64,000 bases of DNA from an uncultured Acidimicrobiia bacterium (lineage in GTDB: Bacteria > Actinomycetota > Acidimicrobiia > Acidimicrobiales > AC-14). The stretch's first letter is position 1, and each line of letters begins with the position of its first letter. The notes under the pieces were generated by a model, which was given only the letters and a program-made list of their open reading frames with translations, was not told the origin of the DNA and ran no database searches. The DNA lies in NCBI GenBank assembly GCA_963836205.1, contig CAWIIV010000006.1, positions 160,001 to 224,000 on the forward strand. The letters run 5' to 3'. Position numbers and translations under genes: made by a program. Positions 34,180-43,301 of this stretch are shown piece by piece.

Positions 34180-34238
34180 GGGACTAAGTCTAGCGTCAGC
34201 GGTGTCAAGTGTGTCGCCTTTGGCGACAACTTGGTTCG

Positions 34239-34310
34239 AGGCCGGGATGGGATTCGAACCCACGTGCGCCTCCTTGCTAAGAAGCTACCTAGCCACTCGG
34301 TCACCCGGCC
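34239..34310 (-). tRNA. tRNA-Cys-like gene with an aberrant anticodon loop (8-nt TTAGCAAG, or 7-nt with anticodon AGC)
   Basis: Cloverleaf GGCCGGG-TG-ACC GAGTGGCTA GGT-A-GCTTC TTAGCAAG GAGGC-GCAC-GTGGG TTCGAAT CCCAT-CCCGGCC-T; U73 discriminator; 72 nt; CCA not encoded directly. Confidence 0.85.
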
Positions 34311-34322
34311 TTCCGGCGGACA

Positions 34323-34331
34323 GGGTACCAC
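34323..34331 (-). promoter_or_regulatory. Extended -10-like promoter of the tRNA-like gene
   Basis: TGGTACCCT (TGn-TACCCT) 12 nt upstream of the tRNA 5' end. Confidence 0.5.
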
Positions 34332-34483
34332 CGCTCTCTCTCTGGAAGAACAGCCGTGTAATTCCGGGCGCCACGACCGCCGAGATCCTGTCGGTATGAG
34401 CAGCTCGACGGCGGGCTCGCTGCTGTCGTAGGTCGTGGATACCCTCAGCCCCAACTATCGGCCAGGCGAAGAGAAGCCTTGAC

Positions 34484-34612
34484 CTGGCACGTGTCGAGCT
34501 GCGGGGCTCGGGACGATGGAGGGCGAGATACCGGGACCCGGACGGCCGCGAGCGACCGAGGACCTTCGATCAAAAGGCGGATGCCGAGAGATTCCTGACC
34601 GGTCTGGCCTGA
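34484..34612 (+). pseudogene. N-terminal arm-binding fragment of a tyrosine integrase
   Basis: Translates GRWRARYRDPDGRERPRTFDQKADAERFL..stop, typical of actinobacterial integrase N-termini; absent from the ORF track. Confidence 0.7.
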
Positions 34613-34640
34613 CTCCGAGGACCTCACGAGGCGCTCAATC

Positions 34641-36098
34641 GAGGTTGTCCCGGTCGTCGTAGAAGTTTGAGGTGGCGGTCCCCCGCCTGAGACCTGCCGG
34701 ATGGTAGGTGTCGGGCGACCGCCAAGTCACTCGACCAGCAAGGGGACCGCCAGTGAAGAAGAACTATCAGACCAAGGCCGCGCACGCGGCGACCGCCGAG
34801 CTCGCCCTGCCCGACACCGTGAGCCTGGCCATGGCCGAGCTGGCCGAGACAGTGCGCGAGGGCCTTCTCGCCTTGGCCGTCGGGGCTGGGCTGCAGGTCA
34901 TGCACGTGATGATGCAGGAGAGCGTCACCGCCGCCTGCGGGCCCAAGGGCGTCCATGATCCCGATCGAACCGCCGTCCGCCACGGAACCGAGGACGGCTC
35001 GGTGACCCTCGGCGGGCGGCGGTTGCCGGTGCAGCGGCCGCGCATGCGCAGCGCGGACGGAACCGCCGAGGTGGCGGTGCCGGCCTACGACCTGTTCGCC
35101 TCCACCGAGCTGCTCGATTCGATGGCGCTGGAGCGCATGATGGCCAAGCTGTCGACTCGGCGGTACTCGGCCGGACTCGAGCCGGTCGGCACCGGGGTCG
35201 AGGCAGCAGCTCGATCGAAGTCGAAGTCGGCGGTCAGCCGGCGGTTCGTGACCGCCACCGAACGGCCCTGGCCACCATGTTGGCCGCCGACCTGTCGGGC
35301 CTCGACCTGGTGGCGCTGATGATCGACGGCGTGCACTTCGCGGACCACGTCTGCGTGGTGGCACTGGGGATCGGCATCGACGGGACGAAGCACCCGCTCG
35401 GGGTGGTGGAGGGCGACACCGAGAACGCCACCATCGTCAAGGACCTCCTCACCGGCCTTCGGGATCGGGGCCTGGACACCACCAGGCCCATCCTGTGCGT
35501 GCTCGACGGGGCAAAGGCGCTGGTGGCGGCGGTCAAGGCGGTGTTCGACCACCCGGTCGTGGCTCGTTGCCAGCTCCACAAGATCCGCAATGTCGAGTCG
35601 CGACTGCCCAAGGACATGGCGGCCACGGTGGCCCGCAAGATGCGAGCGGCCTACCACGACGCTGACGCGTTGGCCGCCGAGGCGACACTCGAAGCCCTGG
35701 CCCGGGATCTGGACAAGGGCCACCCCGGTGCCGCTGGCAGCCTGCGGGAGGGCCTGGCCGAGACGCTCACCGTCAGCCGCCTCGGGGTGCCGCCGACGCT
35801 GGCCCGAACGCTGCGCTCGACCAACGCCATCGAGTCGATGATCGAGATCTGCCGGGATCACTCGACCAACGTGAAGCGCTGGCGGGACGGGACGATGGCG
35901 CTGCGCTGGTGTGCGGCGGGCATGGTGGAGGCGGCCAAGCAGTTCCGCCGGGTGAACGGATTTCTCCACCTGCCCGCCCTCCGGACCGCCCTTGACGCTC
36001 ACGTCACGAAGGTTGTCGCACCCCCGTGCGAGGATGGGGAAGTAGCCGCCTGATCATCGGGGCCGCCACCGAAGTTCCACGGAACTCGGGACATCCTC
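34641..36098 (+). mobile_element. IS256-family insertion sequence (different from the first)
   Basis: IRs GAGGTTGTCCCG / GAGGATGTCCCG; 9-bp flanks CGCTCAATC / CGCTCTATC (one mismatch). Confidence 0.92.
34753..36053 (+). CDS. IS256 transposase, frameshift near 35265
   Basis: LSTRRY, SKSAVSRRF, MIDG, LDGAKAL, RCQLHK and STNAIES motifs. Confidence 0.93.
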
Positions 36099-36176
36099 CG
36101 CTCTATCGACGCGGCATTCGGCCGTCTCGCGGCCTTTCCGCGGCCTGCGACGAACGCTCACCTCTAACATCGCAGG

Positions 36177-37060
36177 TCAAAGTCCGCTCTTCAAGCGATC
36201 GGATGGCCAGTTGGGCTGGAAGAGGTGCCATTGCTCAGGGGCGCGGCGGATGAGATTCTCGAGCTCGGTCGCCATGCGTTGGGTGACGTCGGACACCGTG
36301 CCCTCCAGCGATACGGCCGGGCGGATAACCACGTGGTGGCCGCGGCCGCGGAAGAAGATGGCGGTGGGGTGCAGGGGCGCCTTCATACGGCGGGCCAGCA
36401 TGGCGGGGCCGGCGGGCAAGGTGGTGCGCTCGCCAAAGAAGTCGACCTCCACTCCGCCACCGCCGATGTCACGGTCGGCGAGGAGGGCGACGATCTGGTT
36501 GGCCCGCAGCGCTCGCACCAAGGCGGTGCCGGCCCGCATACCGAGGGGCACGACCGTGAAGCCGAACGACTCCCGGAGCTTCACGAACCAATCGAACAGC
36601 TCGGGCGGCTGGAGGGCCTCGACGACCACCGTGAGCGGGAATCCCTTGCGCACGAACCACGTCCCGCCCACCTCCCATCCGCCGAGGTGGGGAATGGCCA
36701 GGACCGCCCCGCGGCCGGCGGCGAGGGCGTCCTCGAGCTGGCCCAGGCCCTCGATGGACAGGCCGGCCGAGATCCGCCCGGGATCCATGGTCGGCACCCG
36801 CAACGACTCCATCCAGTACCGCCCGTACGATCCGAACGCGCCTCGCACCGCCCGGTCGACCTGACGCGGGGTGAGGGCCCGAAATGCCGCCCGCCGCTGG
36901 TGGCGGGCGACGATCTCCCGGTTGCCGACGAAGGGCACCGCCATCGACGCCAGCCCCCGAGCGAGCGGGACCGCGATCCGCTCGGGGAGGGCGTTGGCCA
37001 CCGCCGACGCGGCCCGGAACACGTAATACGGCCGCAAGCGACGCCACTCCGGGACCGCCT
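36177..37060 (-). CDS. patA: Phosphatidylinositol mannoside acyltransferase (start uncertain)
   Basis: YGRYWMESLR, PHLGGWE, LLADRD, LPAGPA and PEQWHLFQPNW motifs; downstream of pgsA. Confidence 0.88.
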
Positions 37061-37384
37061 CCTTGCCAGCCGCTGGTCCGAGGTCGTTCTCCGCGGCGCG
37101 TCCGAGTCGCCTGCCGACCGAATCGGGCCCCGAAACCGGCGAATCCGCCGCTAGGGGTGGCGACGCCTTCGCCGCAGTCGGCGCGCCGGCGGCCGCTGGT
37201 GCGTCGGCGGACGTAGCCGGTGCCGGGTCGCCGGCCGGGACGGGCCGATCGGGGGCCGGAACGACGGGTGGGTCGACCGCGGCCTCAGGCGAGTCGGTGG
37301 CGGACGGCGAGTCGGTGGCGGACGGCGAATCGGGTGCCGGGACGGGCGGGACGCCCGGGACCGGCGGGTCGGCGGGGGGCGGGT

Positions 37385-38140
37385 CTACGGTCGGCGGGGG
37401 CGGCGGGGGGCGGCGTCGGAACGCGGGCCGCCGGCGGTGCCCGTCCCCCAACGAGGACGCTCCTTGCCCCGGGTGACGGGACGGGAGCTCACGCTCGGGG
37501 TCCAGCCCCGCCAGCGCCCGGCCACGCCGGCCAGGGTGGGCTTGGGCTTCGCCGGGCCAACCGTGCCCGCCTGGCGCCACACCATCACGAAGCGGTGGCC
37601 GGCGGTGAACAACGTCAGCGCCAGCATCACCCACAGGATCGGCACCATCAGGGCGCTGAACAGCAGGCTCGCACCCAACGCGAGCATGCGCTCGGCCCGT
37701 TCCATCAGCCCGCCGCGGGCGGTGAACCCGAGCGACTCGGCCCGGGCCCGCTCGTAGGACACCAGGCTGGAGGCGGCCATGACCGCCAGCGGCAGCATGG
37801 CCGCGTGCCCGCCATCGACCGACGTGAGATACCAGGCGAACCCGCCCAGCACGACCATGTCGCTCGCCCGGTCGACGACCGAGTCGAAGAAGGCCCCCCG
37901 GGGCGACGCCGTGCCCGACGCCTTGGCCACCGCCCCGTCGAGCAGGTCGGGGACGGCGGAGGCGGCGAGCAGGAAGGCGCCCAGCCCGAGGCGCCCCTGG
38001 GCGACCGCGAAGGCGGCAGCGACGGAGATCACGAGGCCCACGGCGGTGAGCTGGTCGGCGCTCACTCCGGCGCGCTTCAACCCCGTCCCCACGGGGCGCA
38101 AGCCCCGCTCTACACCCGCGCGGCACCGCTTGTCGAACAT
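37385..38140 (-). CDS. pgsA: CDP-alcohol phosphatidyltransferase (phosphatidylinositol phosphate synthase)
   Basis: DLLDGAVAK...GAFFDSVVDRASD, VSYERARAE and GLMERAER motifs. Confidence 0.92.
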   Translation of the reverse strand: MFDKRCRAGVERGLRPVGTGLKRAGVSADQLTAVGLVISVAAAFAVAQGRLGLGAFLLAASAVPDLLDGAVAKASGTASPRGAFFDSVVDRASDMVVLGGFAWYLTSVDGGHAAMLPLAVMAASSLVSYERARAESLGFTARGGLMERAERMLALGASLLFSALMVPILWVMLALTLFTAGHRFVMVWRQAGTVGPAKPKPTLAGVAGRWRGWTPSVSSRPVTRGKERPRWGTGTAGGPRSDAAPRRPRRP

Positions 38141-38233
38141 CCGACTCCCGACGGTAGCAGCAGGTACGGTTGAATTGGTCGGAAACCCCTGGTTAACACT
38201 CCTCCGCAAGGGCGCCCAAATGAGGTCAACTCT

Positions 38234-40288
38234 GTGAAGAGCTTCTCCCCTGCCCAGATCCGAAACGTCGCCCTCGTCGGCCACGGCGGAGCGGGCAAGA
38301 CCACTCTGACCGAGGCCCTGCTGTTCTCCGCCGGCGCCATCAGCCGCCAGGGACGGGTGGAGGACGGCAACACCACCACCGACTTCGACCCGGAGGAGGT
38401 CAAGCGTGGCATCTCCCTGGCCCTCTCCCTCGCCCCCTTCGAGTTCGAGGGCCACAAGATCAACCTTCTCGACTCCCCCGGCTACGCCGACTTCGTCACC
38501 GACCTCGAGACCGCGCTCGACGTGGCCGACCTGGCCGTGATCGTGGTCAGCGGGGTGGAGGGCGTGGAGGTGCAGACCGAGGCCGCCTGGCGCCTGGCCG
38601 CCGAGCGGGGCCTGCCCCGCATGTTCTTCGTCAACAAGCTCGACCGGGAGCGGGCCAGCTTCGACCGCACCCTCGACCAGCTCCGCGACATGTTCGGGGC
38701 CGGCGTCGCCCCCCTGGAGCTGCCGATCGGCGAGGAGAGCGGGTTCCGGGGCATCGCCGACCTGCTCACCGACAGCGCCGTGTTCTACGAGGGCGGCAAG
38801 GCGGTCAAGGGCGAGATCCCCGACGACATGACCGAGCGCGAGCACGAGGTGCGCGACAACCTGGTCGAGGGCATCGTGGTGGCCGACGACGACCTCACCG
38901 AGCGCTACCTGGAGGGTGAGACCATCAGCCCCGCCGAGCTGGAGAAGGCCCTGGCCAAGGGGGTGGCCGAGGCCAGCGTGTTCCCCGTCACCTGCGGTTC
39001 CGCCACCAAGCTCATCGGGATCGACCGTTTGGCCCAGCTCATCTGCGAGGTCGGCCCGTCGCCCCTCGACCGCCCGCCGGTGACGGTGGAGGCGGGCGAC
39101 GGCACCGCCGAGGTCACCCCCGATCCGGGCAGCCAGCCCCTCGCGCTCGTCTACCGCACCATCGCCGACCCTTACGTGGGGAAGGTCTCCTTCCTCAAGG
39201 TGCTGTCGGGCACGATCCGGCCCGACGTGGTGCTCACCAATCCCCGCACCCACTCCGACGAACGCCTGCACGGGCTGTTCACCATGCGGGGCAAAGAGCA
39301 GGTGCAGGTGCAGTACCTGCCCGCCGGCGACCTGGGGGCGGTATCGAAGCTGTCCGACACCTCCACCGGCGACACCCTGGCGCCCAAGGGCACCCCCGTC
39401 ACCGTGCCGGCGCCCGAGGCCCCCGTCCCGGTGCTGTCGGTCGCCATCCTGCCCAAGTCCAAGGGGGACGAGGACAAGCTCATGACGGGCCTCCACCGCC
39501 TCCAGGACGAGGACCGGTCGCTCTTCGTCCGCCGCGACGACGAGACCCACCAGACGATCCTTTCGGGGATGGGTGAGACCCACCTGTCCATCGTCACCGA
39601 ACGACTGGCCCGCAAGTTCGGGGTGGAGGTCCAGACGGAGGACGTGAAGGTCGCCTACCGGGAGACGATCACCGGCAGCGCCGAGGCCGAGGGCAAGTAC
39701 AAGAAGCAGACGGGCGGCCACGGGCAGTTCGGGGTGGCGTTCCTCAGGGTCGAGCCCCTCGAGCGAGGCGGCGGCTTCGAGTTCGTCGACAAGATCGTGG
39801 GCGGGGCCATCCCCCGCCAGTTCATCCCCGCGGTCGAGAAGGGCGTGGCCGAGACCATGGTGACGGCCGGCGTGTTCGGCTACCCGGTGGTCGACGTGCG
39901 GGTCACCGTGTTCGACGGCAAGTTCCACCCCGTCGACTCGTCGGAGATGAGCTTCAGGATGGCGGGTTCGCTCGGGTTCAAGGAAGCCATGGCCAAGGCC
40001 GGGCCGGTGCTGCTCGAGCCCATCTCGGTGCTGGAGGTGACGGTCCCCACCCAGTACCAGGGCGACGTCATGGGCGACCTCAACTCCCGCCGGGGACGGG
40101 TGCAGGGCACCGAGGCCGTCGGCAACGGGGAGCAGACGATCACCGCCCAGGTCCCGACGTCGGAGGTCCTGCGCTACGCCATCGACCTCCGCTCGATCAC
40201 CGGCGGCCGGGGACGCTTCACCGTCGCCCACGACCACTACGACCCGCTGCCCCCCCACCTCGTCGACAAGGTCGTCAAGCCCGGGTGA
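38234..40288 (+). CDS. fusA2: Elongation factor G-like protein (EF-G2)
   Basis: GHGGAGKT, RGIS, DSPGYADF, NKLD, GMGETHL, KQTGGHGQF and VDSSEM motifs; outside the str operon. Confidence 0.92.
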   Translation: MKSFSPAQIRNVALVGHGGAGKTTLTEALLFSAGAISRQGRVEDGNTTTDFDPEEVKRGISLALSLAPFEFEGHKINLLDSPGYADFVTDLETALDVADLAVIVVSGVEGVEVQTEAAWRLAAERGLPRMFFVNKLDRERASFDRTLDQLRDMFGAGVAPLELPIGEESGFRGIADLLTDSAVFYEGGKAVKGEIPDDMTEREHEVRDNLVEGIVVADDDLTERYLEGETISPAELEKALAKGVAEASVFPVTCGSATKLIGIDRLAQLICEVGPSPLDRPPVTVEAGDGTAEVTPDPGSQPLALVYRTIADPYVGKVSFLKVLSGTIRPDVVLTNPRTHSDERLHGLFTMRGKEQVQVQYLPAGDLGAVSKLSDTSTGDTLAPKGTPVTVPAPEAPVPVLSVAILPKSKGDEDKLMTGLHRLQDEDRSLFVRRDDETHQTILSGMGETHLSIVTERLARKFGVEVQTEDVKVAYRETITGSAEAEGKYKKQTGGHGQFGVAFLRVEPLERGGGFEFVDKIVGGAIPRQFIPAVEKGVAETMVTAGVFGYPVVDVRVTVFDGKFHPVDSSEMSFRMAGSLGFKEAMAKAGPVLLEPISVLEVTVPTQYQGDVMGDLNSRRGRVQGTEAVGNGEQTITAQVPTSEVLRYAIDLRSITGGRGRFTVAHDHYDPLPPHLVDKVVKPG

Positions 40289-40830
40289 GCGACGCCGATC
40301 CCGATTGCGAGGAGTGCGGGTTCGTCTACGGAGACCTGGCCGCAGCCGACGCCCCCGCCGCCATCCGGGCCTTCGCCCGCCGCTACCGGGCGCCCCTCAC
40401 CCGCTTCCTGCCCGGGGAGGACGGCGACGCCCTGGTCCGCCGGCGGCCGGCGCCCGAGACGTGGTCGGCGCTGGAGTACGCGGCCCACGTGCGCGACGTG
40501 TTCGGCAACTACGACCGGTGGGTGCGCCTGACGTTGGTCGAGGACCGGCCGCTGCTGGAGGGGCCCGGCCCCGACGAGCTGGCCGCCGACGGGAACTACA
40601 ACGCCGACGACCCGGCGGCGGTGGCCGACGCCCTGGCCACCAACGCCGAGCGCCTGGCCGCCACCGTCGAGGCCGTCCCCGACGACGGCTGGGACCGCGT
40701 CGGCCTCCGCCGGGACGAGGAGCGCAGCGTGCTGTTCACCGCCCGCCGGGCCGTCCACGAGGGCAACCACCACCTGCTCGACATCGGGCGGGGCCTGCGA
40801 GCGGTGCGGGAGCAGGCCAAGCAGGCCTGA
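40285..40830 (+). CDS. DinB-family protein
   Basis: CEECGF, WSALEYAAHVRD and HEGNHHLLD motifs. Confidence 0.85.
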   Translation: MSDADPDCEECGFVYGDLAAADAPAAIRAFARRYRAPLTRFLPGEDGDALVRRRPAPETWSALEYAAHVRDVFGNYDRWVRLTLVEDRPLLEGPGPDELAADGNYNADDPAAVADALATNAERLAATVEAVPDDGWDRVGLRRDEERSVLFTARRAVHEGNHHLLDIGRGLRAVREQAKQA

Positions 40831-40998
40831 GGCCCCGCTTCCGGCGCCGCGCTCTTGCCGGACCCTCGGGCGAGTGCCGTCGGATCACTTCGCAGTCCTG
40901 GCCCGGTGGCTGACCCATCACGACTTCGGCTGAGAGGCCGACCGGCGCCGAGGCAGGGATCGCCTGCGTAGCGTCGGCCCGGGCCGTACCGTCACGTC

Positions 40999-42033
40999 GT
41001 GGACATGCTCGCCCTGGTGAAGGCGGCCCCTGGTCCGGGCCTTGCGCTGTGCCACGTCCCCCGTCCCCGGTTCGGGATCAACGACGTGCTCATCCGAGTC
41101 CTGCGCACCGGGATCTGCGGCACCGACCTCCACATCGACGCCTGGGACGGGTGGGCCCGGCGCAACGTCAAGCCGCCACTCGTCGTGGGCCACGAGTTCG
41201 TCGGGGTCATCGAGGACGTCGGGTCGAACGTCACCGGTTTCGCCCCCGGGGAGTCGGTCTCGGGCGAGGGACACGTGGTGTGCGGGCGCTGCCGGCACTG
41301 CCTGGCCGGGCGGCGGGAGCTGTGCGCCCACACCGTCGGACTGGGCGTGGGGCGCGACGGCGCCTTCGCCGAGTATGTCGTCCTGCCCATGACCAACGTC
41401 TGGCGGCACTGGCCCGGCGTCGACCCCGACGTGGCCGCCGTGTTCGACCCGCTGGGCAACGCCGTCCACACCGCGCTGGCGTTCCCGGTGCTGGGCGAGG
41501 ACGTGCTGGTGAGCGGGGCCGGACCCATCGGGCTCATGGCGACCGCGGTCGTCCGCCACGCCGGCGCCCGCCACGTGGTGGTGAGCGAGCCCAACGCCTT
41601 CCGCCGGGAGCTGGCCCTGAGGATGGGGGCCACCGTGGCCATCGACCCGGCGGTGACCCGTCTCGACGACGTCTTCCGCGACCTGGCCATGGTGGAGGGC
41701 TACGACGTGGCGTTGGAGATGTCGGGGAACCCCTCCGCCCTGCAGTCCGCCATCGGGGCCATGGCCCACGGCGGGGGCATCGCGGTGCTCGGCCTGCCGG
41801 CCGACGACGTCCCCATCGACATCAGCGAGGTCGTCCTCAAGATGCTCACCATCCGGGGGATCTACGGCCGGGAGATGTACGAGACCTGGTACAAGATGAC
41901 GGTGATGTTGCAGTCGGGGCTCGACATCCTCCCCGCCATCACCCACCGCTTCGACTTCCACGACCACGAAGCCGCCTTCGCCGCCGCCCGCTCGGGGGAC
42001 TCGGGCAAGGTCGTCATGAACTGGGCGACGTGA
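40999..42033 (+). CDS. tdh: L-threonine 3-dehydrogenase
   Basis: GICGTDLH, GHEFVG, SGEGH..CGRCRHC and GIYGREMYETWYKM motifs. Confidence 0.96.
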   Translation: MDMLALVKAAPGPGLALCHVPRPRFGINDVLIRVLRTGICGTDLHIDAWDGWARRNVKPPLVVGHEFVGVIEDVGSNVTGFAPGESVSGEGHVVCGRCRHCLAGRRELCAHTVGLGVGRDGAFAEYVVLPMTNVWRHWPGVDPDVAAVFDPLGNAVHTALAFPVLGEDVLVSGAGPIGLMATAVVRHAGARHVVVSEPNAFRRELALRMGATVAIDPAVTRLDDVFRDLAMVEGYDVALEMSGNPSALQSAIGAMAHGGGIAVLGLPADDVPIDISEVVLKMLTIRGIYGREMYETWYKMTVMLQSGLDILPAITHRFDFHDHEAAFAAARSGDSGKVVMNWAT

Positions 42034-43238
42034 GCGACCCGTCGCCGGCCGACCCGCTGGCGTTCCTGGAGGCGGAGGTGGCCGCCCTCCGGGAGAAGCA
42101 CTTGTACCGGTCGCTGCGGGTGATGACGAGCGCCCAGGGACCGGTGGTGGAGGTCGACGGGCGGCGGCTGGTGAGCCTGTCGTCGAACGACTACCTCGGC
42201 CTCACCCACCATCCCCGGCTCAAGGAGGCGGCCCTGGCCGCGGTCGCCGACTTCGGGGTGGGGTCGGGGGCGGTGCGCACCATCGCCGGCACCATGGCCG
42301 CCCACGAGGCCCTGGAGGCGGAGCTGGCCGAGTTCAAGGGCGTGCCCGCGGTGCTCACCTTCCAGTCCGGGTTCACGGCCAACACCGGCCTCATCCCCAC
42401 CATCACCGGCGAGTCCGACCTGATCGTGTCCGACGCCCTCAACCACGCCTCGATCATCGACGGGATGCGCCTGTCGAAGGCGCCGAGGCGCATCTACCCC
42501 CACGCCGACGTCGAGGCCCTGCGCGTCATCCTCGACGAGGCCGTCGCTGAGAGCCGCTACCGGCTGATCCTGGTGGTCACCGACGGGGTGTTCAGCATGG
42601 ACGGCGACATCGCCCCGCTTCCCGGGATCGTGGACGCGGCTGAGGCGGCGGGGGCGGCGGTGCTGGTCGACGACGCCCACGGCTCGGGCGTTCTCGGCCG
42701 CCAGGGTCGGGGGACGGTCGACCACTTCGGGCTCACGGGGCGGGTCTCCATCCAGGTGGGGACGCTGTCGAAGGCGGTCGGCGGGCTGGGCGGCTACGTG
42801 GCCGGGCCCACGGCGTTGCGGGAGATCCTCACCCAACGGGCGCGTCCGTTCCTCTTCTCCACGTCGCACCCACCGTCGGTGGTGGCCGCCTGCCGCGCCG
42901 CCCTCCGGGTCATGCAGGACGAGCCCGAGCTGCTCGAGCGGCTGTGGGCCAACACCCGCCGGTTCAAGGCCGAGCTGGCGCGGCTGGGCTTCGACATCGG
43001 CCGGTCGGAGACCCCGATCACCCCGGTGATGATGGGCGACCCGGAGACGGCCATGCACTTCTCCGATCGCCTGGCCGACGAGGGCGTGTTCGCCCAGCCG
43101 GTGGTCTTCCCCACCGTCGCCCTGGAGAAGGCCCGCATCCGCACCATCGTCACCGCCGCCCACACCGACGAGCACCTCGACCGGGCCGTGGCCGCCTTCG
43201 CCACGGTCGGCCGGGAGCTGGGACTGGTCGGCGGCTGA
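42030..43238 (+). CDS. kbl: Glycine C-acetyltransferase (BioF/Kbl family)
   Basis: SNDYLGL, LNHASIIDG, DGVFSMDGD, DDAH and GTLSKA motifs; coupled to tdh. Confidence 0.9.
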   Translation: MSDPSPADPLAFLEAEVAALREKHLYRSLRVMTSAQGPVVEVDGRRLVSLSSNDYLGLTHHPRLKEAALAAVADFGVGSGAVRTIAGTMAAHEALEAELAEFKGVPAVLTFQSGFTANTGLIPTITGESDLIVSDALNHASIIDGMRLSKAPRRIYPHADVEALRVILDEAVAESRYRLILVVTDGVFSMDGDIAPLPGIVDAAEAAGAAVLVDDAHGSGVLGRQGRGTVDHFGLTGRVSIQVGTLSKAVGGLGGYVAGPTALREILTQRARPFLFSTSHPPSVVAACRAALRVMQDEPELLERLWANTRRFKAELARLGFDIGRSETPITPVMMGDPETAMHFSDRLADEGVFAQPVVFPTVALEKARIRTIVTAAHTDEHLDRAVAAFATVGRELGLVGG

Positions 43239-43301
43239 GCCCGAGAGCGAACCGGTGACGGTGAAGGTCGTCAGACGAGGTTCACCGTCACCGGTTGCTG
43301 G

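Noticed and set aside
34165-34285. 14-bp repeat as attL/attR of an element integrated in the tRNA
   Set aside because: The copies are inverted and only about 95 bp apart, whereas att duplications flank an element as direct repeats. Not wholly excluded, given the integrase remnant.
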